This document shows, piece by piece, positions 49,250 through 57,741 of a stretch of DNA of 64,000 nucleotides. Position numbers and translations under genes: made by a program. Source of the DNA: Acidimicrobiia bacterium (GTDB lineage Bacteria; Actinomycetota; Acidimicrobiia; Spongiisociales; ZC4RG35); NCBI GenBank assembly GCA_965203555.1, contig CBDBCY010000004.1, forward strand, positions 2,624,001 to 2,688,000, in the 5' to 3' direction. The notes under the pieces are model-generated. The model had not been told where the DNA came from. It made no database searches and saw only the letters and a list, made by a program, of their open reading frames with translations. How positions within the stretch are numbered: position 1 is the first letter of the stretch; each line of letters opens with the position of its first letter.

Positions 49250-51001
49250 ATGACGTTTCCCTACAGTGACGAGTCAATCCGTGCCCGCCTGCGGCTCGGT
49301 GAGGATAGCGGATGGGAGTTCAAGGAAGTCGAGTTCCACGGCGATCACCCGGCGTCATGGCATCGTAACGCCTGGGCCGACGAGGTTGCCGCTTTCGCCA
49401 ACGCCGGGGGTGGGGTTCTTCTCATCGGCGTCACGGATGCAGGCGTGGTGTCGGGCATGTCACGCGGTCGCCTCGACGAAGTAGAGCGACTGGTCGGGGA
49501 GGTCTGCCGGGATTCCTTCAAGCCCGCCGTCCGAGTGGCCATATACCGCGGGGAACTGGACGACAGATACTTCCTGCTCGTCGAGATTCCCAAAGGACAT
49601 GCCCAGTACGACAGCCCCGGCGGCAGTTACATTCGTGTCGGCAGCTCAAAGCAGCCGATGACGCCCGACGAGCGGATGCGCCTGGCGCAGCGAAGAGGCC
49701 AAGCCCGGTTCATCGGCGTCGACGAGCAGACGGTGGCCGACACCGGTTTTGACACACTTGACAAAAGGCTGTGGAAGCCGCTGCTGAGCGTAGAGAGCCT
49801 GGCGGACCCTGTGTTGGGACTGGAGAAGCTGGGTTTCTTTGCGACGGACGAGCGTGGCGTGGCGCGAGCCACTGTTGCCGGCGTGTTGGCGTGCACAGAG
49901 GACCCTGAGCGCTTTCTTCCGCATGCCGTCATCAACGCCGTGCGTTACCGCGGAACAGATCGCGCCTCCGGGCAGATAGACGCCCAGGAGATAGGAGGTC
50001 CGATCGATCGACAGATCAAGCAGGCTGTCACATTCGTGAAACGCAACATGCGGGTGGGCGCCCGCAAGGATCCCGCCCGTGAGGACCTGCCCGAATACAG
50101 CATGCGGGCCTTGTTCGAGGGCGTGGTCAACGCGGTAGCGCACCGCGATTACTCGATGGGCGGCAGCCGTGTGCGTCTCGCTGTCTTCTCCGACCGGCTG
50201 GAGCTCTGCTCGCCAGGATCTCTTCCCAACAATCTGACCATCGACAGCATGGCGGAACGCCAATCCACAAGGAACAGCGTGCTTGCTTCTGTGCTCGGTC
50301 GAATGAACGCAGGTGGCATGGAAGGCGCCGAAGGCAGACGGTTTTTCATGGAGCGCCGCGGTGACGGAGTCCCGATCATCCGCCGCGAGACGAAGGCTCT
50401 CACCGGGAAGGAACCGCGGTTCCGGCTCATCGACGACTCGGAACTATGTCTCACGATTCCGGCTGCGGAGACCGATTTCGGACCGGCGACCGTCACTATC
50501 ACCGTTCGTCGGAACCAGGCGCCGCTTGCGGGAGCGGACGTTGTGGCGTTGTTCCCCAACGGGACATGGAAGCGCGGGTCCACGGACTCAGAGGGAGAGA
50601 CACACCTCGACCTGCACGCCGTGCATCTGCCGATGACGGTATTCGCAGCCGCCCCGGGCTGTGCCGCCCGTGTCGAGCCCGAGTGGATTCCGGCGCAACG
50701 GCCGCTCGCCGTCGATCTGACGCCTCTACCCGCTGGCGGATCGGTCGTGTTCCCAGAAGCCACGGGTCACATCCCCGGCCTCGCCGGCCGGCTGAATCCT
50801 ATCCTCGACACCGGTAATCGCACCTACCTCTACGCGACCAACATTGCCATAAACGGTGGACGGATCCAGCCGGTCTCATTCGTACCCGGAGAAGAGGACC
50901 TGCACATGATGGACGCCGATGGTGCAGAGTTCCTTGTGCAGGTGGTGGCCATCACGGGACGTTCGTCAATCCTCGAATATCGCCCCGTCTCCCGCACGTA
51001 G
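49250..51001 (+). CDS. Schlafen/AlbA_2 domain plus HATPase_c_4-like domain plus beta-rich C-terminal domain(s)
   Basis: GEDSGWEFK, AFANAGGG.LLIGV.D; EGVVNAVAHRDYS, DRLELCSPG, RN and MERRGDG; C-terminal PLAGADV...TDSEG...AAAPG. Confidence 0.8.
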   Translation: MTFPYSDESIRARLRLGEDSGWEFKEVEFHGDHPASWHRNAWADEVAAFANAGGGVLLIGVTDAGVVSGMSRGRLDEVERLVGEVCRDSFKPAVRVAIYRGELDDRYFLLVEIPKGHAQYDSPGGSYIRVGSSKQPMTPDERMRLAQRRGQARFIGVDEQTVADTGFDTLDKRLWKPLLSVESLADPVLGLEKLGFFATDERGVARATVAGVLACTEDPERFLPHAVINAVRYRGTDRASGQIDAQEIGGPIDRQIKQAVTFVKRNMRVGARKDPAREDLPEYSMRALFEGVVNAVAHRDYSMGGSRVRLAVFSDRLELCSPGSLPNNLTIDSMAERQSTRNSVLASVLGRMNAGGMEGAEGRRFFMERRGDGVPIIRRETKALTGKEPRFRLIDDSELCLTIPAAETDFGPATVTITVRRNQAPLAGADVVALFPNGTWKRGSTDSEGETHLDLHAVHLPMTVFAAAPGCAARVEPEWIPAQRPLAVDLTPLPAGGSVVFPEATGHIPGLAGRLNPILDTGNRTYLYATNIAINGGRIQPVSFVPGEEDLHMMDADGAEFLVQVVAITGRSSILEYRPVSRT

Positions 51002-51339
51002 AAGACGATCACGCGAACAAGAGCCGTGGATCCGGCCTTACTCAGGCTCACCTGAATCCGTGGGAGAGGTTTCAGGTTGACCAAGTCTCTCAGCGAACGG
51101 TTGCGGAGTTCGGGTCGGATCAGATGAGCGGGCAGGAGCAGGTCGGACCACGGGCCATTGCCTCGGGTTCGGCAGCCTTGATCACCAACATCCCCCCTCG
51201 GGCAAGTGACGGTTTTCAGCCCTCCGGGGCAGGCGGTTTTTCCAACCTTCGTTTCCCTCCGGATAGATCGGCAGGCATCCTCCATTGGGTGGGTGGTATG
51301 AGGATATGCCGGTTACGCTGGGGATTGATGAGGAGACCA

Positions 51340-51702
51340 GTGTTGAACACTTCCGACATCGACTCGCACGATCCCGCATGGCTTGAAGAAACCGAGCGGA
51401 TAGAGTCGGAGATGGTCGCCGAGTTCGACGAACATGGCCCTTTTACCCCCGGGGACACGCTGTTCGCCACCGGACATTACAAGGAAGACCGGCTGGTGTG
51501 GTTCGATTTCCTGACTGCCGCTTTGGACGACATCATGAGAGAATGCGCTATTCCCGAGGAGCAGAGGGAGCAACGGAGGTTGCGGTACCGTAGTTTCACG
51601 GAGGACTTCCTTCGACACTGCGACGGAGCGGAGAAGACGCTTCCCCTGCTTGACGACCAGGAGGGAAAGCACTCCTACGTCCTCAGATTCGCCCCGCCAT
51701 GA
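51340..51702 (+). CDS. Hypothetical acidic protein
   Basis: AGGAG RBS before GTG/TTG; stop overlaps the next start (ATGA); no recognisable motif. Confidence 0.55.
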   Translation: MLNTSDIDSHDPAWLEETERIESEMVAEFDEHGPFTPGDTLFATGHYKEDRLVWFDFLTAALDDIMRECAIPEEQREQRRLRYRSFTEDFLRHCDGAEKTLPLLDDQEGKHSYVLRFAPP

Positions 51703-52235
51703 CCGAGCGCTATGTGGTGCTGCCCCGCGGCGTCAACGTCGGGCGGCACAATCGGGTTCCGATGGCGGAGTTGCGGTCGAAGCTGGCCGAGGAAGGGTAC
51801 TCTCGGATAGTCACCGTCCTGCAAAGCGGGAACTTAATCGTTTCGGTCGAGTCGCGCAGTCCGAACGAAGTAACTTGTGCGGTTCAGCGGTTGCTCAGCG
51901 AAAAGTTCGGCGTCAACGTTCCCTGCGTTGTCCGCACGGCGGACCAAGTTCGCGCGGTGCTGGAGCGCAATCCGTTGCGGGAGGTTGTCACCGACCCGGC
52001 TCGTTACCTGGTGAACTTCCTCTCCGAGCGACCCGATCCCCAAGCGGTGAAGGCTTTGCTGGAAGAGGAGCACAGTCCGCAGGCCATCGCCATCGAAGGC
52101 ACCGAGGCATACATCTGGACTCCCCATAGCGTCAGAACGATGACCCTGTCATATGCGTACCTCCAAAAGAGACTCAACGTGGTCGCCACCGCCCGCAACT
52201 GGAGAACTCTTCAGAGGATCGTCGCCAAGCTCTGA
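51699..52235 (+). CDS. DUF1697 family protein
   Basis: RGVNVG..N.VPMAELR, LQSGN and TARNWRT motifs. Confidence 0.88.
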   Translation: MTERYVVLPRGVNVGRHNRVPMAELRSKLAEEGYSRIVTVLQSGNLIVSVESRSPNEVTCAVQRLLSEKFGVNVPCVVRTADQVRAVLERNPLREVVTDPARYLVNFLSERPDPQAVKALLEEEHSPQAIAIEGTEAYIWTPHSVRTMTLSYAYLQKRLNVVATARNWRTLQRIVAKL

Positions 52236-52307
52236 TCTCCGGCCCCCCGGACAGGAATTGGAGGTTGAAGGTCGGCACGGGAGTGGTTACTCTTCTGTTT
52301 TGAGATC

Positions 52308-52895
52308 ATGACCGCAGCTTCCCCCAAGACCGCACTGGTGGTGGTGGATGTCCAGAACGACTTCGCCGATCCGCAGGGTTCGTTGTACGTGCGGGGGGCG
52401 GGTTCAGTGGTGGCAGCGGTTAACCGGTTGGTGAATAGCGCCGTCGCCCAGGGTTGGGCGGTGTTCTACACCCAGGACTGGCATCCGGAGACCACGCCCC
52501 ATTTCGCCAAGGACGGTGGGATATGGCCGGTCCACTGCGTGGGAGGATCCACCGGAGCGGCCTTCCATCCCGATCTGGTGGTGAGAGGGGTGTCCGTGAA
52601 GAAGGGCGGCGCCGGCGAGGACGGCTATTCGGGATTCACCATGCGGGATCTGGTGGAAGGCAGGGACCGGCCCACCGAACTGGATTCGCTTCTGCGCCGG
52701 GACGGGGTCACCCGGGTGGTGGTGGTCGGTCTGGCGTTGGACTATTGCGTGAAGGACACTGCCCTGGACGCGGTCCGGTTGGGATACGAAGTGGAGGTGC
52801 CCCTGGGCGCCACCGCGCCGGTCAATCTGTCTCCCGACGACGGGAACCGGGCTATCGCTGCGCTTCGCGGGGCCGGGGTCTCGGTTACCGGCTGA
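52308..52895 (+). CDS. pncA: Nicotinamidase/pyrazinamidase
   Basis: VDVQNDF, QDWHP, WPVHCV, YSGF and GLALDYCV motifs. Confidence 0.9.
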   Translation: MTAASPKTALVVVDVQNDFADPQGSLYVRGAGSVVAAVNRLVNSAVAQGWAVFYTQDWHPETTPHFAKDGGIWPVHCVGGSTGAAFHPDLVVRGVSVKKGGAGEDGYSGFTMRDLVEGRDRPTELDSLLRRDGVTRVVVVGLALDYCVKDTALDAVRLGYEVEVPLGATAPVNLSPDDGNRAIAALRGAGVSVTG

Positions 52896-54495
52896 GGGAC
52901 TCGCCTCGACGCAGAAGGAGTCGGCGGTAGGTCTTCCACAGCGGATTCTCGGCGGGCCGCAAGGTGGGAAAGAGTATCACGTCCCGGATGTGGGCGCGAT
53001 TGGTCAGCAGCATCACCAAGCGGTCGACTCCCAGGCCCAGGCCTCCGGTGGGAGGCATTCCGTAACCAAGTGCCAGCACGAAGTCCTCGTCGACGGGATG
53101 CAACTCCGGATCGTCCGCACCCAGGAGAGCAGCCTGGTTCTCGAATCGGGAAAGTTGGTCGACCGGGTCGTTTAGCTCCGAGAAGGCATTGGCGAACTCC
53201 ACCCCGGCGATGAACAGTTCGAAGCGTTCGGTGAGTCGGGGATCGCCGGGGCACCGGCGCGCCAGGGGAGAGACTTCCAGGGGGTAATCCGTTACGAAGG
53301 TGGGTTCCAGCAGTTCGGGAACGGCCAGGCGGTCGAATATTTCGTAGATGATCCGCCCGCTGGTCCACTCTTCCGCTGTATTCAGCCCCCGTTTCTCCGC
53401 CTGTCCCTGCAGGGAGTCGGGGGGTATGTCCAGGGTGACCTCTTCTCCCATCACTTCGCTCACCAACTCCAGCATGGGTACTTCCCGGTAGGGTGGTTCC
53501 AGGGAGAGGGGGGTTTCCAGCATGGGCCGTGTCCCGGCAGCGTCGGCGCCGGGCCCCCCGGCCACTGTGGTGGTTCCCGTGGCTTTGACGGCCACCGCCG
53601 GAATCACCTCCTCGACCAGTCTCATCACGTCCCGGTAGTCGCAGAAAGCCTGGTAGGACTCCAGCATGGTGAACTCGGGGTTGTGGGAGGAGTCCACCCC
53701 TTCGTTGCGAAAGATCCGGCCGATCTCGAACACCCGCTCGAACCCCCCGATGATCAGCCGCTTGAGGTACAGTTCGGTGGCGATCCTCATGTACAGCTCT
53801 ATGTCCAGGGCGTTGTGATGGGTCAGGAACGGCCGGGCGGCTGCTCCGGCCGCCCGGGAGGTGAGGATGGGAGTGTCGACCTCCATGAACCCGCGCTGAT
53901 GGAACTGGTTGCGAAGTTCGGACACCACCGCCGAGCGGATCTCGAAGGTCCGCCGACTCTGTGGGTTGACCACCAGGTCCAGGTGTCGACGCCGGGAGCG
54001 TTGCTCGACGTCCCGCAAGCCTTTCCACTTGTCGGGCAGCGGCGCCAAACATTTGGCGAGAAGGTCGATCTGCTTCACGTCGATGGATAGTTCCCCGCGC
54101 CGGGTGGTGATCACTTCGCCGGTGGCGCCCACCCAGTCGCCGAGGTCGAGGCGGGATATCACCTCCTGAGACTCGGGTTGCAGGCCGGACTGCGATACGA
54201 AGAGTTGCAGATCGGCTCTCTGATCGGAGAAGGTGATGAACACGAGTCGTCCGAAATTGCGGATCAACCGGACTCGCCCAGCCACCGACACCACTTTCCC
54301 GGTGCGCGCATCGGGCGCCAGGGTTCCGTACCGGTCCCTGATCTGTGAGGCGGTGTGGGTTCGATCAAACCGGGTCGGCCACGGTTCGATGTTCCGGGAG
54401 GCGAGGCTCTCCAAACCGTCGAGGCGTTCTTCGAGGACCCTTCCCCACAGCCCTGCACTGCCAGGCTCGGGGCGATCCGGTCCTTGGTCGTCCAT
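52885..54495 (-). CDS. lysS: Lysyl-tRNA synthetase (class II)
   Basis: GAAARPF.THHN, YLKRLIIGG, FRNEG...HNPEFT, ERFELF and YGMPPTGG.G.G.DRL motifs. Confidence 0.97.
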   Translation of the reverse strand: MDDQGPDRPEPGSAGLWGRVLEERLDGLESLASRNIEPWPTRFDRTHTASQIRDRYGTLAPDARTGKVVSVAGRVRLIRNFGRLVFITFSDQRADLQLFVSQSGLQPESQEVISRLDLGDWVGATGEVITTRRGELSIDVKQIDLLAKCLAPLPDKWKGLRDVEQRSRRRHLDLVVNPQSRRTFEIRSAVVSELRNQFHQRGFMEVDTPILTSRAAGAAARPFLTHHNALDIELYMRIATELYLKRLIIGGFERVFEIGRIFRNEGVDSSHNPEFTMLESYQAFCDYRDVMRLVEEVIPAVAVKATGTTTVAGGPGADAAGTRPMLETPLSLEPPYREVPMLELVSEVMGEEVTLDIPPDSLQGQAEKRGLNTAEEWTSGRIIYEIFDRLAVPELLEPTFVTDYPLEVSPLARRCPGDPRLTERFELFIAGVEFANAFSELNDPVDQLSRFENQAALLGADDPELHPVDEDFVLALGYGMPPTGGLGLGVDRLVMLLTNRAHIRDVILFPTLRPAENPLWKTYRRLLLRRGESLSR

Positions 54496-54551
54496 CAGGC
54501 ATCAACCTAACAGGGCAACCGAGCAGAAAAGAAAGATCACTCCTCCCCGCC

Positions 54552-54697
54552 GAAAAGTAACCGACCCGCCCCCGGGAGGGGAGGGAGGGCGGGCCGGTAT
54601 GTGCCTGCCGCCCCGGGAGGGGTGGAGGGCGGTCAGGCTGCCCACCGGCCTTCCGGGAGGGGACGGGGAAAGCCGGCAGGAGGTCTGTTGTTGTGGA
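54552..54697 (-). ncRNA. Candidate three-hairpin sRNA with C-rich loops (6C/cuckoo-like) or structured lysS leader
   Basis: Three GC stems (54561-97, 54603-38, 54645-76), each carrying CCCCUCCCGG; upstream promoter; UUACUUUU after the last stem. Confidence 0.65.
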
Positions 54698-54702
54698 ATC
54701 GA

Positions 54703-54732
54703 ATAATAATCAGTTCGGAGAAGCTATGTCAA
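54703..54732 (-). promoter_or_regulatory. Sigma70/SigA-type promoter
   Basis: TTGACA (54732-54727), 18-nt spacer, TATTAT (54708-54703), in an AT-rich patch. Confidence 0.75.
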
Positions 54733-54743
54733 CTGAATAGTAC

Positions 54744-55508
54744 TTAAGAATTCAACTCCAATACCACCAGCAAACCCCGCAGGGTCAGATCGTCCTCTAT
54801 GTGAGTAATGGTTTCGCAAACCGGCCCGATCAGGCGAGCCAGGCCGCCGGTTGCCACCACCGGCAAGGCCCCCAGACGTTGTTCGGTGCAGATCCTTCTC
54901 ACCAGACCGTCCACCAGACCGGCCCATCCGAACACCAGGCCGCTCTGCACCGCTTCGGTGGTGTTGCGCCCGGTGGCCTGCCTGGGTGCAGTCAACTCCA
55001 CCCTGCGAAGGGCGGATGCGGCGGCGGCCAGGGCGTCTCCCGCCACCTGCACTCCGGGAGCGATGGCGCCCCCACAGTAGGCGCCCGATGAGTCGATCAC
55101 ATCCACGGTGGTGGCTGTTCCGAAATCCACCACCAAGACCGGAGCGCCGAACCGCTCTACTGCTCCGATGGCGTTCACCACCCGGTCGGCGCCCACTTCC
55201 CGAGGATTGTCGATCCGGATCTGGATGCCGGTACGCACTCCCGGTCCAACCACTGTCACCGGGCCGTTTACCAATTCCGTCAGGACGGGCCGGATGGCGG
55301 AGACGGCGGTGGGCACCACGCTGGAGAGCGCCGCGCCGAGCAGGGGCAGCGGGACTTCGGACAGCAGGCCGCTGAGAAGGATGCGGTATTCGTCGGCGGT
55401 GCGGGATACATCGGTGGAAATCCGCCAGCGATGCTCCAGTGACCGGCCTCGATAGGCCCCGATGACGGTCTGGGTGTTGCCGATGTCCACGGCTAGGAGC
55501 ATGCTCAC
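54744..55508 (-). CDS. coaX: Type III pantothenate kinase
   Basis: DIGNT, SSVVP, VGADR, DFGTATT, GGAI.PG and ATGG motifs. Confidence 0.95.
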   Translation of the reverse strand: MSMLLAVDIGNTQTVIGAYRGRSLEHRWRISTDVSRTADEYRILLSGLLSEVPLPLLGAALSSVVPTAVSAIRPVLTELVNGPVTVVGPGVRTGIQIRIDNPREVGADRVVNAIGAVERFGAPVLVVDFGTATTVDVIDSSGAYCGGAIAPGVQVAGDALAAAASALRRVELTAPRQATGRNTTEAVQSGLVFGWAGLVDGLVRRICTEQRLGALPVVATGGLARLIGPVCETITHIEDDLTLRGLLVVLELNS

Positions 55509-56407
55509 CTGTAGAGAAGACTAGGCGCCCGCAAAAAGATGCCCCGGTCCACCTTCAGCCCGGTAGGGCCCCGGTCGAAGAATAGGTTGTCGATCAGTCT
55601 CACTTTGCCCACCTCTGCGGCCACCGCCAGAAAGGATGGACGGTCGAGAGTTCGGAGCAGGGAGGCGTCGCGTTGATCGGCCAATTCCATGTACTCCCAG
55701 TCCAACCTGCCACCAGTTCCTCTAACCAGGCACCGGAGACGATCCATTGACCGCTCTCCCTCTTCCACCGCCAGCGCCGCTCTCTCGAGTCCGCGGCTTA
55801 TCTCGAGGGCGGTATCCCGGTGCCCGGGCTCAATCAGGAAGTTTCGGCTGGACAGGGCCAGTCCGTCCATCTCGCGCACGGTGGGGCAACCGACAATCTC
55901 GATGGGAAAGCACAGATCGCGGGCGAGTCGGCGGATCGTGGCCAGTTGCTGGGCGTCCTTTCGTCCGAAGTAGGCTCGGTCGGCCCCCAGTCCGGCCAGC
56001 AGTTTCGCCACCACCAGCGCCACTCCCTGGAAGTGACCGGGTCGGTGCTCTCCCTCCATTGACGAAGCCACCGCTCCCGGCTCTATGGTTATGGACTCAC
56101 CCGGCTTGTACACTTCTTCGGTGGGTGGGGCGAACAGCACGTCCACCCCTGCCTCGGCGGCCATGTGACGATCTCGGTCGAAGCTGCGGGGGTAGGCGTC
56201 AAAGTCGGAGGATTGGTTGAACTGTCGGGGATTGACGTACAGGGACATCATCACCACCTGACACTCCTGCCGCGCCTTGCCGATCAGCGACAGGTGGCCT
56301 TCATGCAGAAACCCCATGGTGGGAACCAGACCGATCGTGCCTTCCGTTGCCCCGCGAGCATGGCGAGCCGCCGACCGGGCGCCGGCAAAGCTGTGGACCA
56401 GTCTCAT
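55505..56407 (-). CDS. panC: Pantoate--beta-alanine ligase
   Basis: PTMGFLHEGH, RPGHF.GV, FGRKDAQQ, GLALSSRN and RLIDN motifs. Confidence 0.95.
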   Translation of the reverse strand: MRLVHSFAGARSAARHARGATEGTIGLVPTMGFLHEGHLSLIGKARQECQVVMMSLYVNPRQFNQSSDFDAYPRSFDRDRHMAAEAGVDVLFAPPTEEVYKPGESITIEPGAVASSMEGEHRPGHFQGVALVVAKLLAGLGADRAYFGRKDAQQLATIRRLARDLCFPIEIVGCPTVREMDGLALSSRNFLIEPGHRDTALEISRGLERAALAVEEGERSMDRLRCLVRGTGGRLDWEYMELADQRDASLLRTLDRPSFLAVAAEVGKVRLIDNLFFDRGPTGLKVDRGIFLRAPSLLYR

Positions 56408-57246
56408 GGCGCCGCCGGGGCCTCGAATAGTTCCAGAATCTCTGCGGCCCTTTCCCCGGCGCCTGCCCGCGATGCCGCCAACCCGCCGAGCGCTCGATAC
56501 TGCCGGGCAATGCTGGGCGACACTGCTGCTGCGGCTCGCAGATGGCCGGCGATGGTGTCGCCATCGCCCCGGACCACCGGTCCGGTGAGCGAACGGTCGG
56601 GTCCCAATCGGAAACAGTTCTGCATCACCTGCCCGGCCAGGGGTTTGGCGTGCTGCAGGGGCACGCCGGCGGCTTCGAACAGATCGGCGGCTAAACCCAG
56701 GGCGGTGGCGAGTCCCAGGGCGACGGTGGCGGCGCCGGCATGGTAGAGGGGTTTCAGGTGGTCATCCAGTACAAAAGTGGCGATGCCCAGGCTTTGGGCG
56801 AAAGCGTCCAGCCTCCTCGCCGCTGTCTCGGCGCCGGCGGTCACCGCCGCGGTGGCTCCGGCCAGGGAAAGCGCGCCCAATTGGGGAGAGGGGAGGGTTT
56901 GAAGGGGATGAAGACACCCGACTTCCATGCCGGTCCTCTCCAGTGCTTCCAGGCGGGTGATGGAAACGAATCCTGACAGGTGGGCTGCCGTCTGGGCGGG
57001 TGGCGGGTCGGATGCCAGGTGACGGGCAGTCTGTTCGATAACGTCGTCGGGGGTGGCCACCAGCAACAAGTCGCACGGCAACAATTCCCGGTGGTCCTCG
57101 ACCCTGGTGCTTTCCAATTCCGGTGGGGTCTTCCCGGAAGGACCGGGAACGGTCTGGACCGTGTGTCCCGCCGACCGGCTGGCGATCGCCAAGGCGCCGC
57201 CGGCCCGCCCCGGTCCGATTACCGCCAGTCTGAGGGGGGTGTTCAC
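56404..57246 (-). CDS. Rossmann-like + DUF2520 protein (PanG-type ketopantoate reductase candidate)
   Basis: IGPGRAG, ATPDD, HLSG, HPLQT, YHA and LTGPVVRGD motifs; coupled to panC. Confidence 0.8.
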   Translation of the reverse strand: MNTPLRLAVIGPGRAGGALAIASRSAGHTVQTVPGPSGKTPPELESTRVEDHRELLPCDLLLVATPDDVIEQTARHLASDPPPAQTAAHLSGFVSITRLEALERTGMEVGCLHPLQTLPSPQLGALSLAGATAAVTAGAETAARRLDAFAQSLGIATFVLDDHLKPLYHAGAATVALGLATALGLAADLFEAAGVPLQHAKPLAGQVMQNCFRLGPDRSLTGPVVRGDGDTIAGHLRAAAAVSPSIARQYRALGGLAASRAGAGERAAEILELFEAPAAP

Positions 57247-57734
57247 TCTCCGCCCAGGTAATTGGGAATCAGCGCCCTTCCCTGGGCGCCGAGTGGGCGG
57301 CCCAGGATCTGTTCGATGATGGTCACCGCCTGCACCGGGCTCGGCACCAGTCCCGTGTCCACCAAAAAGCCGCTCATCAGGCCCCCCAGGTTTTCGTCGA
57401 TCACTTCCCCATGCACCAATACCCTGGAGTCGGGGTTGCCCAACAACTCCCGCAGCTTGTCGAACAGGTGGGTACGTTCCTCCTCCTCCACCTCGGTGCT
57501 GATCGGGACTCGATGAGCCTCGAATCCCGAATCCCGGTACACCTTGATGTTCTGGTTGTTGCTCAACAGGCTCACCACGTCGGTGATACCCGCCTCCTTC
57601 TGCAACCAGAGCACCTCCTGCTGGCGGCGCACCTTGCGATGGGCCGCTCCCAACCCGCCCAGTCTTTCGCTGACCGCCAGGCGGGAATTGATAATCCACC
57701 TGAAACCGCGAGGTTTGAGTACGCCGGCCGGCAT
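57243..57734 (-). CDS. Protein-tyrosine/dual-specificity phosphatase-like protein lacking the catalytic Cys/Arg
   Basis: F.WII...LA.SER.G, GIT.VVSLL; VLVHGEVIDE where VHCxxGxxR is expected. Confidence 0.6.
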   Translation of the reverse strand: MPAGVLKPRGFRWIINSRLAVSERLGGLGAAHRKVRRQQEVLWLQKEAGITDVVSLLSNNQNIKVYRDSGFEAHRVPISTEVEEEERTHLFDKLRELLGNPDSRVLVHGEVIDENLGGLMSGFLVDTGLVPSPVQAVTIIEQILGRPLGAQGRALIPNYLGGE

Positions 57735-57741
57735 TTCCCGC

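Noticed and set aside
54561-54676. CRISPR array or CsrA-sponge reading of the GGGAGGGG repeats
   Set aside because: Only a 10-nt shared core, no spacer pattern and no cas genes; promoter and U-tract orientation favour the C-rich strand.
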